A DNA stretch of 64,000 nt from Gemmatimonadota bacterium (GTDB taxonomy: Bacteria; Gemmatimonadota; Gemmatimonadetes; Palauibacterales; Palauibacteraceae). The stretch lies in contig OY762926.1 in assembly GCA_963666735.1 (NCBI GenBank), forward strand, positions 1,824,001 through 1,888,000, given 5' to 3'. Below, piece by piece: positions 32,101-42,800 of the stretch. The notes below the pieces were generated by a model, which was not told the origin of the DNA, searched no databases, and worked only from the letters and a program-made list of their open reading frames with translations. The position numbers and the translations under genes are program-made. The number at the start of each line of letters is the position of its first letter. Position 1 is the stretch's first letter.

Positions 32101-32495
32101 GGCGTCTCGCCCACCACTCCCGTGACCACGATGTCCTGGAGGCGTAGCGCGGTCTGCTCCACGGCGAAGTCCGCCGTCGCCACCTGGCCCGATTCTACCG
32201 TCACCGTCTGCGACAGTTCGTGGTATCCGATCAGGCGGACCGTCACCGTCTGCTCGCCCGCCGGTACCCCTTCCAGCCGGTACGTGCCCTCCAGACCCGA
32301 AAGGGTGCCGAGCACCGTTCCCGCAACGAACACCTGCGCGCCGGCCACCGGGGCCAGCGACTCCGCGTCGGTCACCGTCCCCGAGATCGCTCCCTGAGCG
32401 AGCAGCGGGGCCGCGCCGATGAAGAGCCAGGCGCTCAGTGCCGTGGCGGTCAGCGCACCCGCGCGCCTCCGCCGTTCTGACAGCCTTAACAACAT
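29115..32495 (-). CDS. SusC/RagA-family TonB-dependent receptor (pair 3)
   Basis: CarboxypepD_reg-like N-terminus; PLIVIDG, VKGAAAASLYGSRAQNGVIEITTK; RRDGSS; C-terminal Phe. Confidence 0.95.
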   Translation of the reverse strand: MLLRLSERRRRAGALTATALSAWLFIGAAPLLAQGAISGTVTDAESLAPVAGAQVFVAGTVLGTLSGLEGTYRLEGVPAGEQTVTVRLIGYHELSQTVTVESGQVATADFAVEQTALRLQDIVVTGVVGETPQVKLPFTVERLSARDLPVPAADASSLLAGKAAGVSVISGSGQPGEAASIMLRGPTSIDASGRSQSPLIVIDGVIQSESASLADVGALDIDHVEIVKGAAAASLYGSRAQNGVIEITTKRGTGLQTNSLNILGRGEYGFGQLVGDIGLVRSHPYTMNAAGTKFIDTDGNEVDFRDLNRRGFGSALLYNQIAPGEPGTVATAFANQAFPGELFDHMDTFFDPGETLDIYGAVTGRFGESSFRVSVDQFREAGVVSCSACVENLATLNADRVAQGLSAFDVGTPNDDGYERQNVRLNVDTRFGDLDIAASGFYSRADQDDKAVTNSAFARLTFVSPAIDLSGISPLDGYPDIDADPQSIEANPLYLLATNDSRDERTRTMGSVDLNFSPAAIDWLTLEANASFDRTDFSDYEIRPKNERTSSASGTGEFTGGRLREGNFTDEAINASVTLGASRALMDGDLTVRGKVRYLIEDQAFESNGVFGSRFSVQDVPNFGAIIGETTGSNTVRSIKAEGLFGIASADYLGRYIVDGLVRRDGSSLFGPDERWQTYYRGSVAWRITQEDFWSIDAIDELKLRFSLGTAGGRPNFAAQYETFGVSAGAIFPINLGNRALRPEYTTEREAGINFVFFENLGLDLTYAWQNTDDQLLRVPQPAFVGFSSQWQNAGEIAAQTYEASLRYAAIDEQDLGLQFRLNLDRTKQEITRLDVPDFTQGTFFVSEGRPLGELWGEVLATSCADLAPVGVSASECAANFQVNDDGLLVATGGAQYTEGFSSKLWGTTVDVNSEDGTRTYQWGHPFYVQDYSPACVAKNPSNYMEKCRLTEFLPYGNTTPDFNGAFAMNFRYKGLSVNSLLEASVGHSIYNNTAQWALRELRGEDVDQTGKPLELNKPTGYASVIYNVGSDNSWFRENGDWLKVRELSIGYTLPETAMEALFGSVFDRITLNAIGRNLITLTEYRGYDPEVGRAGGQLGSAAVNRVDSFGYPNFRTFTFSAELVF

Positions 32496-32610
32496 GGATC
32501 ACTCTCCCTGCAGCAGTGAGATCCCTGCGGCCCGGGGGCCGCCACCTCTATCTGAAGTCATACCGGGAGGCGCCCGCAGACGCCCCCCGGTCGTTTTACC
32601 TCAAGTCACC

Positions 32611-34338
32611 TCAACGCACGACCAGATCCTCGCTGGCGCGCGCGGCCTTCTGGTGCGTCCGGAGCCGATGCAGCGTGAGTGCCGCTCTCCGCAACGCCGA
32701 GTCGAGGCTGCCCGGAACGATCGACGGGGGCGTCGGATTCCCGGCCGCACCGCCCGCGCTCCCGCCGAAGGTGTAGATGTCCCGCTGCAGCACCTCGAGG
32801 TCCGCGGCCGGCATCGGCAACTGCAGCGCCGTGCCCGCCGGCAGGATGTCGTTGCGGCGCCCATGCCAGAATTCGAGCCCGCCGAACACGTTGAACACGT
32901 TCTCGAAGTGCTCGAACCAGATCGCGTCCCGCAGGTTTCCGCAGCGCCCCTGAAGGTCGTACCGCTTGCGCGGCGTGCATTCGCCGTTGGCGTTCGAGGG
33001 CACCGCATCCGTCGGATTCGATGGCGCCGGAGGCAATCCGGCCTCCATTCGCGTCACATTGATGATGTCCGCGGCTCCTCCGAAGTCGCCCATCCGGTAC
33101 AGGCCTTCGGCGATGTAGTGGTCCATCTCCTGGCTCGTCATCTCCTCCATGTCCCCGGACTCGCAGAAGTTGCAGCTCAGGGTGTAGTGGTCGTACCGCG
33201 CATCGCCGTAGTGCGATTGCCGGTACGTCCCGCGCGAGGCGATGAAGATGATGTTGGCGTTGTAGCGGTGGACCGGTCCCACGGAGGCGGCCGTGGGACT
33301 CACGCTCTCCCCCAGCGTCCCGTCCTCGTTCACGGCGGGGTAACGCCGGTCATCCCCGAAGGCCATCTTGCGCGCCGTCCGCTTCGAGGTCTCGAACGAG
33401 AGCCAGTCCTGGTACTGCCCGCTCTGGTCCGCCATGCCGGCCCAGTCCATGTGCATCCGGTGCCAGGTTCCGTTCTGCTGGGCCTTGGCTTTCAGGTCGT
33501 CGAACCAGGCCGTGTCCGACGAACGGTCTTCGCCGACGACGACGACATCCCGAATGCCCCCGCGGGCGTCCGCGATGATCTGGCTCCAGTTGGCTCCCGC
33601 CGCCTCCGCATCCGTTCGCGGCAGGTTCGCCGCGCAGCGCGCCTTCCAGTTCACCAGGTAATCGGCGAACTGGTTGTTGTCCCACGCATTGCCGTTGATC
33701 CACGTGTCCGGGAGCGAGAACGAAGCCGCCCGCACGGCGGACTCCGCCTCGTTCAGCTTGCCCATCGCGTAGCTGAACATGCTGTTGTAGTCGACCGTCT
33801 CGAGTTCGCCGGTGAGATCCGTCGTCTCGTCGACGATGAAGGCCTGGTCGTACCAGAGCGCGAGAAGGCAACTCAGCATCGCCTGAGTTGAAACGGCGAA
33901 GGCGCGGGCGCGGGCGTTCCGCTCGCCGCCCGGCCCGATCTCCAGACCCTCGTCGATGGCCCGGATCCCGTCGGACGCCGCCGCGATCCCTCCATAGGCG
34001 TCGTTCCAGTGCTCCGAGAACACGTACGACCAGCGGTAGGAAGTCGAGTTCGGCATCGGCTCGCGGGGCTCGCGGCCGAGGTCGTTCTGGCCGTTGTTGC
34101 CCCACGTCGCCGTGTGCCGGCTCGACATGTGGTTGAAGGAAAAGTTCGCGTTGTTCCAGTAGTGTCCCATCGCCCAGACCTGCTGATAGGAACTGGCGAT
34201 GAGCGACTCGACGTCATCCGGACTCGCCAGCGCGCGCGCCCGGTCCGGCTCGTTCGGGTTGTTGACCTGAAGGTCGCAGCCCGAAAAACCGACTCCGAGT
34301 GCCAGCGTGACGGCCGGCAGTGTCAGCTTCCTGTTCAT
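32611..34338 (-). CDS. SusD/RagB-like lipoprotein (pair 2)
   Basis: Paralog of 27327-29060; FSGC lipobox. Confidence 0.85.
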   Translation of the reverse strand: MNRKLTLPAVTLALGVGFSGCDLQVNNPNEPDRARALASPDDVESLIASSYQQVWAMGHYWNNANFSFNHMSSRHTATWGNNGQNDLGREPREPMPNSTSYRWSYVFSEHWNDAYGGIAAASDGIRAIDEGLEIGPGGERNARARAFAVSTQAMLSCLLALWYDQAFIVDETTDLTGELETVDYNSMFSYAMGKLNEAESAVRAASFSLPDTWINGNAWDNNQFADYLVNWKARCAANLPRTDAEAAGANWSQIIADARGGIRDVVVVGEDRSSDTAWFDDLKAKAQQNGTWHRMHMDWAGMADQSGQYQDWLSFETSKRTARKMAFGDDRRYPAVNEDGTLGESVSPTAASVGPVHRYNANIIFIASRGTYRQSHYGDARYDHYTLSCNFCESGDMEEMTSQEMDHYIAEGLYRMGDFGGAADIINVTRMEAGLPPAPSNPTDAVPSNANGECTPRKRYDLQGRCGNLRDAIWFEHFENVFNVFGGLEFWHGRRNDILPAGTALQLPMPAADLEVLQRDIYTFGGSAGGAAGNPTPPSIVPGSLDSALRRAALTLHRLRTHQKAARASEDLVVR

Positions 34339-34393
34339 GACCCCTCCATAAACTCAGTCCATGTCCGTCCGACCTCCGTTTCCCGGAGGGGCA

Positions 34394-37300
34394 TCAGAAC
34401 ACCAGTTCCGCCGAGAAGGTGAACGAGCGGAAGTTCGGATAGCCGAAGCTGTCGTACCGCTGCAGCGTGGAACTCGAGAGTTCGCCGCCGGTGCGGCCGA
34501 CCTCCGGGTCGTATCCCCGGTAGTCCGTGATCGTCAGCAGATTCCTGCCGATCGCGTTGAGGGTGATGCGCTCGAACATGTTGCCGAACAGAGCGTTGAC
34601 CGCGCTCTCGGGCAGCGTGTAGCCAAGTGCCAACTCGCGAACCTTGATCCAGTCGCCGTCCTCGCGGAACCAGGCGTTGTCGTTGTTCGAGAGATAGACG
34701 CCCGCGACGTAGCCGATGGACTTGTTGAACTCGAGCGGCTTGCCCGTCTGGTCCACGTCCTCGCCCCGGTCGTCCCGAAGCGCCCACTGCGCGGTGTTGT
34801 TGTAGATGGAGTGGCCCATCGACGACTCGACGAGGGCGTTCACGCTCAGGCTCTTGTAACGGAAGTTCGACCCGAACGACACGTTGAAGTCCGGCGTCGT
34901 GTTCCCGAACGGGAGCACGTCGGTGAGCTGGCACTTCTCCATGTAGTTGCCGGGGTTCTTCGCCACGCACGCCGGCGAGTAATCCAGAACCTTGATCGGA
35001 ATGCCCCAGAGGTATGTGGCCTCGCCACCGTCGGCCGTGGGCACCCTGCCATCGGTGCCCCAGAGCTTGCTGCTGAAGCCCTCGGTGTAGTCGGCGCCGC
35101 CCGTCCACACGAGGATGCCGTCGTCGTTTACCTGGAAGTTGGCGTTGCAGTCGGACGCCGCGATGCCGACGGGCTCGAGGTCCGCGCAGGTGGTCGCCAG
35201 CACGTGACCCCACATCTCGCCCAACGGACGCCCTTCGGCGACGAAGAAAGTCCCCTGGCGGTAGGCGGGAACGTCCAGACGCGTGATCTCCTGGCGCGTT
35301 CGATCCCAGTTCAGCCGGAACTGCAGGCCCATCTCCTGCGTGTCGATCGGGGCGTAGCGCAGCGACGCCTCGTAGGTCTTCGCCGTGATCTCGCCCGCGT
35401 TCTGCCACTGGCTCGAGAAGCCCACGAACGCCGGCTGCGGCACGCGCAGCAACTGGTCGTCCGTCGTCTGCCACGCATAGGTCAGGTCGAGACCGAGGTT
35501 ATCGAAGAACACGAAGTTGATTCCCGCTTCGCGCTCCGTCGTGAATTCCGGCTTGAGCGCCGTGTTCCCCAGGTTGACGGGGAAAATCGCTCCGCCCGAG
35601 ATGCCGAACGTCTCGTACTGCGCCTGGAAGTTCGGCCGCCCGCCGGCCGTCCCCAGCGAGAAACGCAGCTTCAGTTCATCGATCGCATCGATGCCCCAGA
35701 AGTCCTCCTGCGCGATGCGCCAGGCGAACGAGCCGCGGTAGTACGTCTGCCACCGCTCGTCCGGCCCGAAGAGCGAGGAGCCGTCGCGCCGGATGAGGCC
35801 GTCGACGATGTAGCGGCCCCGGTAGTCCATGCTCGCGATGCCGAACAGCCCTTCCGCCTTGATGCTCCGTACGGAGTTGCTGCCGGTCGTCGAGCCGATG
35901 ATCGCGCCGAAGTTCGGCACGTCCTGCACCGAGAACTGGCTGCCGAACACACCGTTCGAACCGAAGTTCTGGTCCTCGATCAGGTAGCGGGCCTTCCCGC
36001 GTACGGTGAGGTCCCCGTCCATGAAGGTCTGGGTGGCACCAAGGGTCACCGAAGCGTTGATCGCCTCGTCCTCGAAGTTGCCCTCGCGCAGACTGCCGCC
36101 GGTGGGCCCTTCCCGAGTCTTCTCGTTCTTCGGGTAGAGTTCGTAATCGTAGAAGTCCGTCCGGTCGAACGATGCATTCGCCTCGAGGGTCAACCAGTCG
36201 ATGCCCGCCGGCGAGTAGTTGAGGTCGACCGACCCCATCGTCCGCGTTCGCTGGTCCCGGCTGTCGACGATCGCGAGCAGATAGAGCGGGTTGCTGGAGA
36301 TGGACTGCGTGTCCGCATCGATTCGCGGGTATCCGTCGACCGGATCGATCTGCGCCAGGTCGACGGCCGGCGACGCGAAGGTCAACTGGCTGAAGGCCCC
36401 GTTCTCGAGCGCCTTGTCGTCCTGGGTGGCGCGCGAGTAGAACCCGCTCGCCGCGATGTCCAGGTCGCCGAAGCGCGTGTCGACGTTCAGACGCACGTTC
36501 TGCCGCTCGTACCCCTCATCGTCCGGCAGCCCCACGTCGAAGGCCGTGAGCCCCTGAGCGACGCGGTCCGTATTCAGCGCGCCGAGGTTGTCGATGCAGA
36601 CGGTGCAGCGCACGACGCCACCCTCCCGGAACTGGTCCACGCTCACCCGGAAGCTGGACTCGCCGAAACGGCCCGTGACCGCCCCGTAGGCATCGATCGT
36701 CTCGCCGGGATCGAAGAACGTGTCCATGTGGTCGAACAGCTCATGCGGGAAGGCCTGGTTCGCGAAAGAAGTGAAGGAATCGCCGGGCTCGTCAGGATTG
36801 ATCTGGTTCGCGAGTACCGGAGCGCCGAAGCCGGGACGGCTGAGGTCGGTGAAGGCGACTTCGTTGCCGTCGGAGTCGATGAACAGCGTTCCCGCCGCGT
36901 TCATCTGGTACGGGTGGGAACGCGTGAGCCCCACGTCGCCGACGAGCTGGCTGATGCCGTACTCGCCGCGCGCCAGGATGTTCAGCGTGTTCGTCTGCAG
37001 ACCCGTGCCGCGCTTCGTCGTGATCTCGATCACGCCGTTCTGCGCCCGCGAGCCGTACAGCGAAGCCGCCGCCGCGCCCTTCACGATCTCCACGTGGTCG
37101 ATGTCCAGCGATCCGATGTCGGAGAGCGAGGCCGATTCCGACTGGATCACGCCGTCGATCACGATCAGCGGCGATAGCGATCGACCGGATGAATTGATGG
37201 AGGTCGGACCCCGCAGCATGATCGAGGCCTCGGCGCCGGGCTGGCCGGAACCGGAAACGACCGATACGCCCGCCGCCTTCGCCGTCAGCAGCGAGGAGAC

Positions 37301-37762
37301 ATCGGCCGCCGGGACGGGGAAGTTCTGCGCCGACAGCCGCTCCACCGTGAACGGGAGTTTCACCTGGGGCGTCTCGCCCACAACCCCGGTCACGACGATG
37401 TCCTGGAGGCGGAGAGCCGTCTGCTCCACGCTGAAGTCCGCGGTCGCCACCTGACCGGACGCCACCGTCACCGTCTGCGACAGCTCACGGTAGCCGATGA
37501 GGCGGACCGACACGGTCTGTTCGCCCGCCGGCACCCCCTCCAGCCGATATGTGCCTTCCAAACCCGACAGCGTACCGATCACCGTTCCCGCAACGAACAC
37601 CTGCGCGCCGGCCACCGGGGCCAGCGACTCCGCATCGGTCACCGTCCCGGAGATCGCTCCCTGAGCGATCAGCGGGGCCGCGCCGATAAAGAGCCAGGCG
37701 CTCAATGCCGTGGCGGCCAACGCGCTCGCGCGTCTCCGCCGTTCTGACGACGTGTACATCAT
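34394..37762 (-). CDS. SusC/RagA-family TonB-dependent receptor (pair 2)
   Basis: Same SusC motifs; ATG at 37762 aligns with the paralog starts. Confidence 0.95.
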   Translation of the reverse strand: MMYTSSERRRRASALAATALSAWLFIGAAPLIAQGAISGTVTDAESLAPVAGAQVFVAGTVIGTLSGLEGTYRLEGVPAGEQTVSVRLIGYRELSQTVTVASGQVATADFSVEQTALRLQDIVVTGVVGETPQVKLPFTVERLSAQNFPVPAADVSSLLTAKAAGVSVVSGSGQPGAEASIMLRGPTSINSSGRSLSPLIVIDGVIQSESASLSDIGSLDIDHVEIVKGAAAASLYGSRAQNGVIEITTKRGTGLQTNTLNILARGEYGISQLVGDVGLTRSHPYQMNAAGTLFIDSDGNEVAFTDLSRPGFGAPVLANQINPDEPGDSFTSFANQAFPHELFDHMDTFFDPGETIDAYGAVTGRFGESSFRVSVDQFREGGVVRCTVCIDNLGALNTDRVAQGLTAFDVGLPDDEGYERQNVRLNVDTRFGDLDIAASGFYSRATQDDKALENGAFSQLTFASPAVDLAQIDPVDGYPRIDADTQSISSNPLYLLAIVDSRDQRTRTMGSVDLNYSPAGIDWLTLEANASFDRTDFYDYELYPKNEKTREGPTGGSLREGNFEDEAINASVTLGATQTFMDGDLTVRGKARYLIEDQNFGSNGVFGSQFSVQDVPNFGAIIGSTTGSNSVRSIKAEGLFGIASMDYRGRYIVDGLIRRDGSSLFGPDERWQTYYRGSFAWRIAQEDFWGIDAIDELKLRFSLGTAGGRPNFQAQYETFGISGGAIFPVNLGNTALKPEFTTEREAGINFVFFDNLGLDLTYAWQTTDDQLLRVPQPAFVGFSSQWQNAGEITAKTYEASLRYAPIDTQEMGLQFRLNWDRTRQEITRLDVPAYRQGTFFVAEGRPLGEMWGHVLATTCADLEPVGIAASDCNANFQVNDDGILVWTGGADYTEGFSSKLWGTDGRVPTADGGEATYLWGIPIKVLDYSPACVAKNPGNYMEKCQLTDVLPFGNTTPDFNVSFGSNFRYKSLSVNALVESSMGHSIYNNTAQWALRDDRGEDVDQTGKPLEFNKSIGYVAGVYLSNNDNAWFREDGDWIKVRELALGYTLPESAVNALFGNMFERITLNAIGRNLLTITDYRGYDPEVGRTGGELSSSTLQRYDSFGYPNFRSFTFSAELVF

Positions 37763-37907
37763 GGATTGCCCTTCCCCTAACGTGAAACCGTCGGCGACCC
37801 CCAACCCTCTCCCGCCCGTTACAACCCGTTAAAACGGAATGATCGGGAGCCGCAGTCCTGCGACCCCCGATCATTTTTTGTAAGCATGCGCCTCGTCGTT
37901 AAGCGCA

Positions 37908-37944
37908 CGCCTCCCGGCACCGTCACTGACGGCGCCGGGAGGCG
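37908..37944 (-). terminator. hairpin after SusD of pair 1
   Basis: cgcctcccggcaccgtca / tgacggcgccgggaggcg inverted repeat; no strong U-tract. Confidence 0.5.
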
Positions 37945-38047
37945 TCCGTGCTCCATGGAAGGGCCGTCTATCCAACCACCCGCCTTCCTGGTTCAGAACC
38001 TTCGGGGAGAACCATCCCCGCCCGGGCCTTGCCGGGCTGCTGCCTTC

Positions 38048-39772
38048 TTACCGAACTACGAGATCCCGCGCCTTGCGGTCAGCGGCCTGGCTGGCCTTGA
38101 TCCGCTCAAGCGCGTAAGCGGCCCGCTCCAGTGCGGAGTCGAGGCTGCCGGGAACCACGCTCGGTGTCGGATCGCCGGCCGAACTCGGCCCGCCACCGCC
38201 GAACGTGTAGATGTCGCGCTGAAGCACTTCGAGGTCGGCGGCCGGCAGCGGCAACTGCAGCGCCGTACCCGCCGGCAGGATGTCATTGCGACGCCCGTGC
38301 CAGAACTCGAGTCCGCCGAACACGTTGAACACGGTTTCGAAGTGCTCGAACCACATTGCATCCCGCAGGTTGCCGCAGCGGCCCTGCACGTCGTACCGCT
38401 TCCGCGGCGTGCACTGGCCCGCACCGTTGGAGGGCACGGCATCCGTCGGGTTCGATGGAGCTGCGGGCAGCCCGGCCTCCATCCGCGTCTTGTTCACGAT
38501 CTCCGCGGCACCCGCGAAGTTGCCCATGCGGTAGTGCGCCTCGGCGATGTAGCCATCCATCTCCTGCGTCGTCATGTGCTCCATGTCGCCGAAGAAGCAG
38601 AAGCTGCAGCTGAGCGTGTAGGCGTCATACCGCATGTCGCCGTAGTGCGACTGCCGGTACGTGCCGCGCTCAGGCCGGAAAATGATCGTCGAGTTGTAAC
38701 GCGACCGCGGACCGAAGGACGCGACCGATGGGCTTACGACCTCCGACGTGGCGCCGTTATCGTTGGTCGGCGGGAACCGCATGTCGTCGCCGAATTCCAT
38801 CCGGCGCGCGGTGCGCTGCTGCGTCGGGGTCGACAGCCAGTCCTGGTACTCCCCGGTCTGGTCGGCCATGCCTACCCAGTCCATGTGCATCCGGTGCCAG
38901 GTTTCGTTCTCCTGCATGAGCGTCTTGAGGCCGTCGAACCACGGGCTGTCCGACGAGGAGTCCTCCCCTGTGAGGACGACATCGCCGATGCCATTCTGAG
39001 CGTCCGAGATGATCTTGCTCCAGTTGGCCCCGGCGGCTTCGGCGTCGGTCCGCGGCATGTTCGCCGCGCAGCGCGCCTTCCAGCCCACGAGGTAGTCCGC
39101 CCACTGGTTGTTGTCCCAGCCGTTCCCGTTGATCCAGGTCTCCTCGAGCGTGAACGATGCCGCTCGGGCCTGCGACTCCGCCGCGTCCAGCTTGCCCATG
39201 GCGTAGCTGAACATGGCGTTGTAGTCGACCGTCTCGAGTTCGCCGCCCAGGTCCGTCGTCTCGTCGACGATGAAGCCCTGGTCGTACCACAGCGCAAGCA
39301 GGCACGAGAGGATCGCCTGATTGCCCGCGGCGAATGCGAGCGCACGCGCGTTTCGCTCGCCACCGGGCCCGATCTCGAGACCCGCCTCGATGGCTCGGAT
39401 CCCGTCCGACGCCCCCGAGATTCCGCCGTAGGCGTCACCCCAGTTGGCCTCGAAAACGTAGGCCCAGCGATACGAAGGGGAGTTCGGCAGGGACTCGCGG
39501 GGCTCACGACCGAGGTCGTTCATCCCCATGTTGCCCCATGTCGCCGTGTGGCGGCTGGCCATATGGCCGAACGCGAAGTTTGCGTTGTTCCAGTAATGTC
39601 CGATTTCCCAGACCTTGATGAAGGAGCTCGCAATGAGCGTTTCCACATCGTCCGGGCCGGCCAGGGCGCGAGCGCGATCCGGCTGGTTCGGGTTGTCGAC
39701 CTGCAGGTCGCAGCCCGAAAAGCCGACCGTCAGCGCCAGCGCAAAGGCCGGTAGCGTCAGCTTCCTATTCAT
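38048..39772 (-). CDS. SusD/RagB-like lipoprotein (pair 1)
   Basis: Paralog; GGAGAG RBS before ATG 39772. Confidence 0.85.
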   Translation of the reverse strand: MNRKLTLPAFALALTVGFSGCDLQVDNPNQPDRARALAGPDDVETLIASSFIKVWEIGHYWNNANFAFGHMASRHTATWGNMGMNDLGREPRESLPNSPSYRWAYVFEANWGDAYGGISGASDGIRAIEAGLEIGPGGERNARALAFAAGNQAILSCLLALWYDQGFIVDETTDLGGELETVDYNAMFSYAMGKLDAAESQARAASFTLEETWINGNGWDNNQWADYLVGWKARCAANMPRTDAEAAGANWSKIISDAQNGIGDVVLTGEDSSSDSPWFDGLKTLMQENETWHRMHMDWVGMADQTGEYQDWLSTPTQQRTARRMEFGDDMRFPPTNDNGATSEVVSPSVASFGPRSRYNSTIIFRPERGTYRQSHYGDMRYDAYTLSCSFCFFGDMEHMTTQEMDGYIAEAHYRMGNFAGAAEIVNKTRMEAGLPAAPSNPTDAVPSNGAGQCTPRKRYDVQGRCGNLRDAMWFEHFETVFNVFGGLEFWHGRRNDILPAGTALQLPLPAADLEVLQRDIYTFGGGGPSSAGDPTPSVVPGSLDSALERAAYALERIKASQAADRKARDLVVR

Positions 39773-39879
39773 GGTCTCTCCGTTGTTCAATCGGTATCTC
39801 CCGGTCCCATCCGTGGCGGGTAACGAGGCGGGGGGACGCCCTCCGGAGAGGGCGCCCCGCCACTGCCACGGGCAAGGAA

Positions 39880-42800
39880 TCAGAATACCAGTTCAGCTGA
39901 GAAGGTGAAGGTCCGGAAGTTCGGATAACCGAAGCTATCCACTCGGTTCAGCGCTGCATTCTGAAGCGATCCGGTCGCCCGTCCGACCTCCGGGTCGTAG
40001 CCGCGATAGTCCGTGATCGTGAACAGATTGCGACCGATCACATTGAGCGTAACCCGATCGAAGATGTCGCTGAACAGACTCTCGACCATGTTCTGGGGCA
40101 GCGTGTAGCCGAGCGAAAGCTCGCGCAGCTTGACCCAACTGCCGTCCTCGCGGAACCAGGAGTTGTCGGCGTTGACCGAGTAGATCGCGGAGGCATAGCC
40201 CACGGGCTTGTTGTGCTCGAGCGGTTTGCCCGTCTGGTCCGTGTCCTCACCCCGCAGTTCGCGAAGCGACCACTGGGCCGTGCCGTTGTAGATCGACTGG
40301 CCCTGCGAGGTCTCGAGGAGCGCGTTCACGCTGAGACCATGGTACCGGAAGTTCGTCGCGAAGGACGCGTTGAAGTCCGGCGTCGTGTTCCCGAACGGCA
40401 GGAATTCGGTCAGCGTGCACATCTCCTCGTAGTTGCCGGGATTCTTCGACACGCACGCCGGCGAGTAGTCCTGGACCTTGATCGGGAGACCCCAGTCGTA
40501 CGAGTTGCTTCCGTCCGCCGTGGCGACCTCGACCTGCGTTCCCCACAGCTTCTTGCTGAAGCCTTCCGTGAAGGCGGCGCCGCCCGTCGGGACGAGGAGG
40601 CCGTCATCGTTCACCTGGAAGTTGGCGCTGCAGTCGGAAGCGGACACGCCGATCGGCGCCAGATCCGCACAACTGGTGGCCCACAGTTCGCCCCACAGCT
40701 CGCCCAGCGGGCGACCCTCGGAGACGAAGAAGTTGCCGCCCTGTGTGAAGTCGGGCACGTCGAGACGCGTGATCTCCTGCTGGGTCCGGTCCCAGTTCAG
40801 CCGGAACTGGAGGCCCAGGTCCTGCTCGTCGATCGCCGCGTAGCGCAGTGACACCTCGTACGTCTCGGCCGCGATCTCGCCCGCGTTCTGCCACTGGCTC
40901 GAGAAGCCCACGAAGGCCGGCTGCGGAACCTGCAGGAGCTGCTGGTCCGTCGTCTGCCACGCGTAGGTCAGATCGAGACCCAGATTGTCGAAGAACACGA
41001 AGTTCAAGCCCGCCTCTTTCTCGGACGTGAACTCCGGCTTCAACGCACGGTTCCCGAGGTTGATCGGGAAGATCGCCCCCGCCGAGACGCCGAACGTCTC
41101 GTACTGGGCGGTGAATCTCGGCCGTCCGCCCGCCGTGCCCAGCGAGAAGCGCAGCTTCAGTTCATCGATCGCGTCGATGTTCCAGAAGTCCTCCTGAGAG
41201 ACCCGCCACGCAACGGAGCCGCGGTAGTAGGTCTGCCACCGCTCATCGGGGCCGAACAGCGAGGAGCCATCGCGCCGGATCAGACCGTCGAGGATGTAGC
41301 GGCCGAGGTAGTCGGCGCTCGCGATCCCGAACAGTCCCTCCGACTTGATCCCTTCGGTCAGGTTTTCCCCCGACGTCTCGCCAATGATCGCGCCGAAGTT
41401 CGGCACGTCCTGCACCGAGAACCGGCTCCCGAACACGCCGTTCGACTCGAAGACCTGGTCCTCGATCAGGTAGCGGGCCTTACCGCGCACCGTGAGATCG
41501 CCGTCCATGAACGTCTGGCTCGCACCCAGCGTCACCGACGCGTTGACCGCCTCGTTTACGGAGTTGCGCTCTTCCAGGCTGCCGCCCGTAAAGTCGCCGG
41601 TGCCGCCACCGCCGGCCGTGCGCTCGTTCTTGGGTCGGATCGTGTAGTCGCTCCAGTCCGTCCGGTCGAACGATGCGTTTGCCTCGAGCGTCAGCCAGTC
41701 GATGGCCGCGGGCGAGAAGTTGAGGTCGACGGAACCCATCGTCCGCGTGCGCTCGTCCCGGCTGTCATTGACGGCCAGCAGGTAGAGCGGGTTGGGCTCG
41801 ATTGACTGCGGATCCGCGTTGAGGTCCGGATACCCGTCCGTCGGGTCGACCTGCGAGATATCGAGCGCCGGGGACATGAAGGTCAGCCGGGAGAAGGCGC
41901 CCGTCGATACGGCCTTGTCGTCCTGGTCGGAGCGCGAATAGAAGCCGCTCGCCGCGATATCCAGGTCGCCGAAGCGCGTGTCGACGTTCAGACGCACGTT
42001 CTGCCGCTCGAAGCCCTCGTCGTTCGGAACACCGACATCGAAGGCCGTGAGACCCTGCGCGACACGATCCGCGTTCAGCGTGGCGAGATTGTCGATGCAG
42101 ACGGAACAACTCACGACGCCGCCTTCGCGGAACTGGTTCACGCTCACCCGGAAGCTCGACTCGCCGAAACGGCCCGTCACGGCGCCGTAGAGGTCCATCG
42201 TCTCGCCGGGATCGAAGAACGTGTCCATGTGGTCGAACAGTTCGTTCGGGAACGCCTGGTTTGCGAACGCGGTCTGCGGCGTCGCGGGATCGCCCGGGGC
42301 GATCTGGTTGTAGAGCCGGGCGGAACCGAAGCCGGGGCGGTTCAGGTCGCCGAAGTCGACCTCGTTGCCCTCGCTGTCGATGAACTTCGTGCCGGACGCG
42401 TTCATCTCGTACGGATGCGAACGCACCAGGCCGACGTCACCGACGAGCTGGCCGAAGCCGTACTCGCCGCGGCCGGTGATGTTCAGCGAATTCGTCTGCA
42501 GGCCCGTCCCTCGCTTCGTCGAGATCTCGATCACGCCGTTCTGCGCCCGCGAACCGTACAGCGAGGCCGCCGCCGCGCCCTTCACGATCTCCACGTGGTC
42601 GATGTCCAGCGCGCCCACGTCCGAGAGCGACGCGCCCTCGGCCTGGATCACGCCGTCGATCACGATCAGCGGCGACATGCTCCGGCCGGCGGAGTTGATC
42701 GACGTCGGGCCGCGCAGCGTGATCGTGGCTTCCGAGCCGGGCTGACCCGAAGCCGAGATGACCGATACGCCGGCCGCCTTACCCGCCAGCAGCGAGGAGG

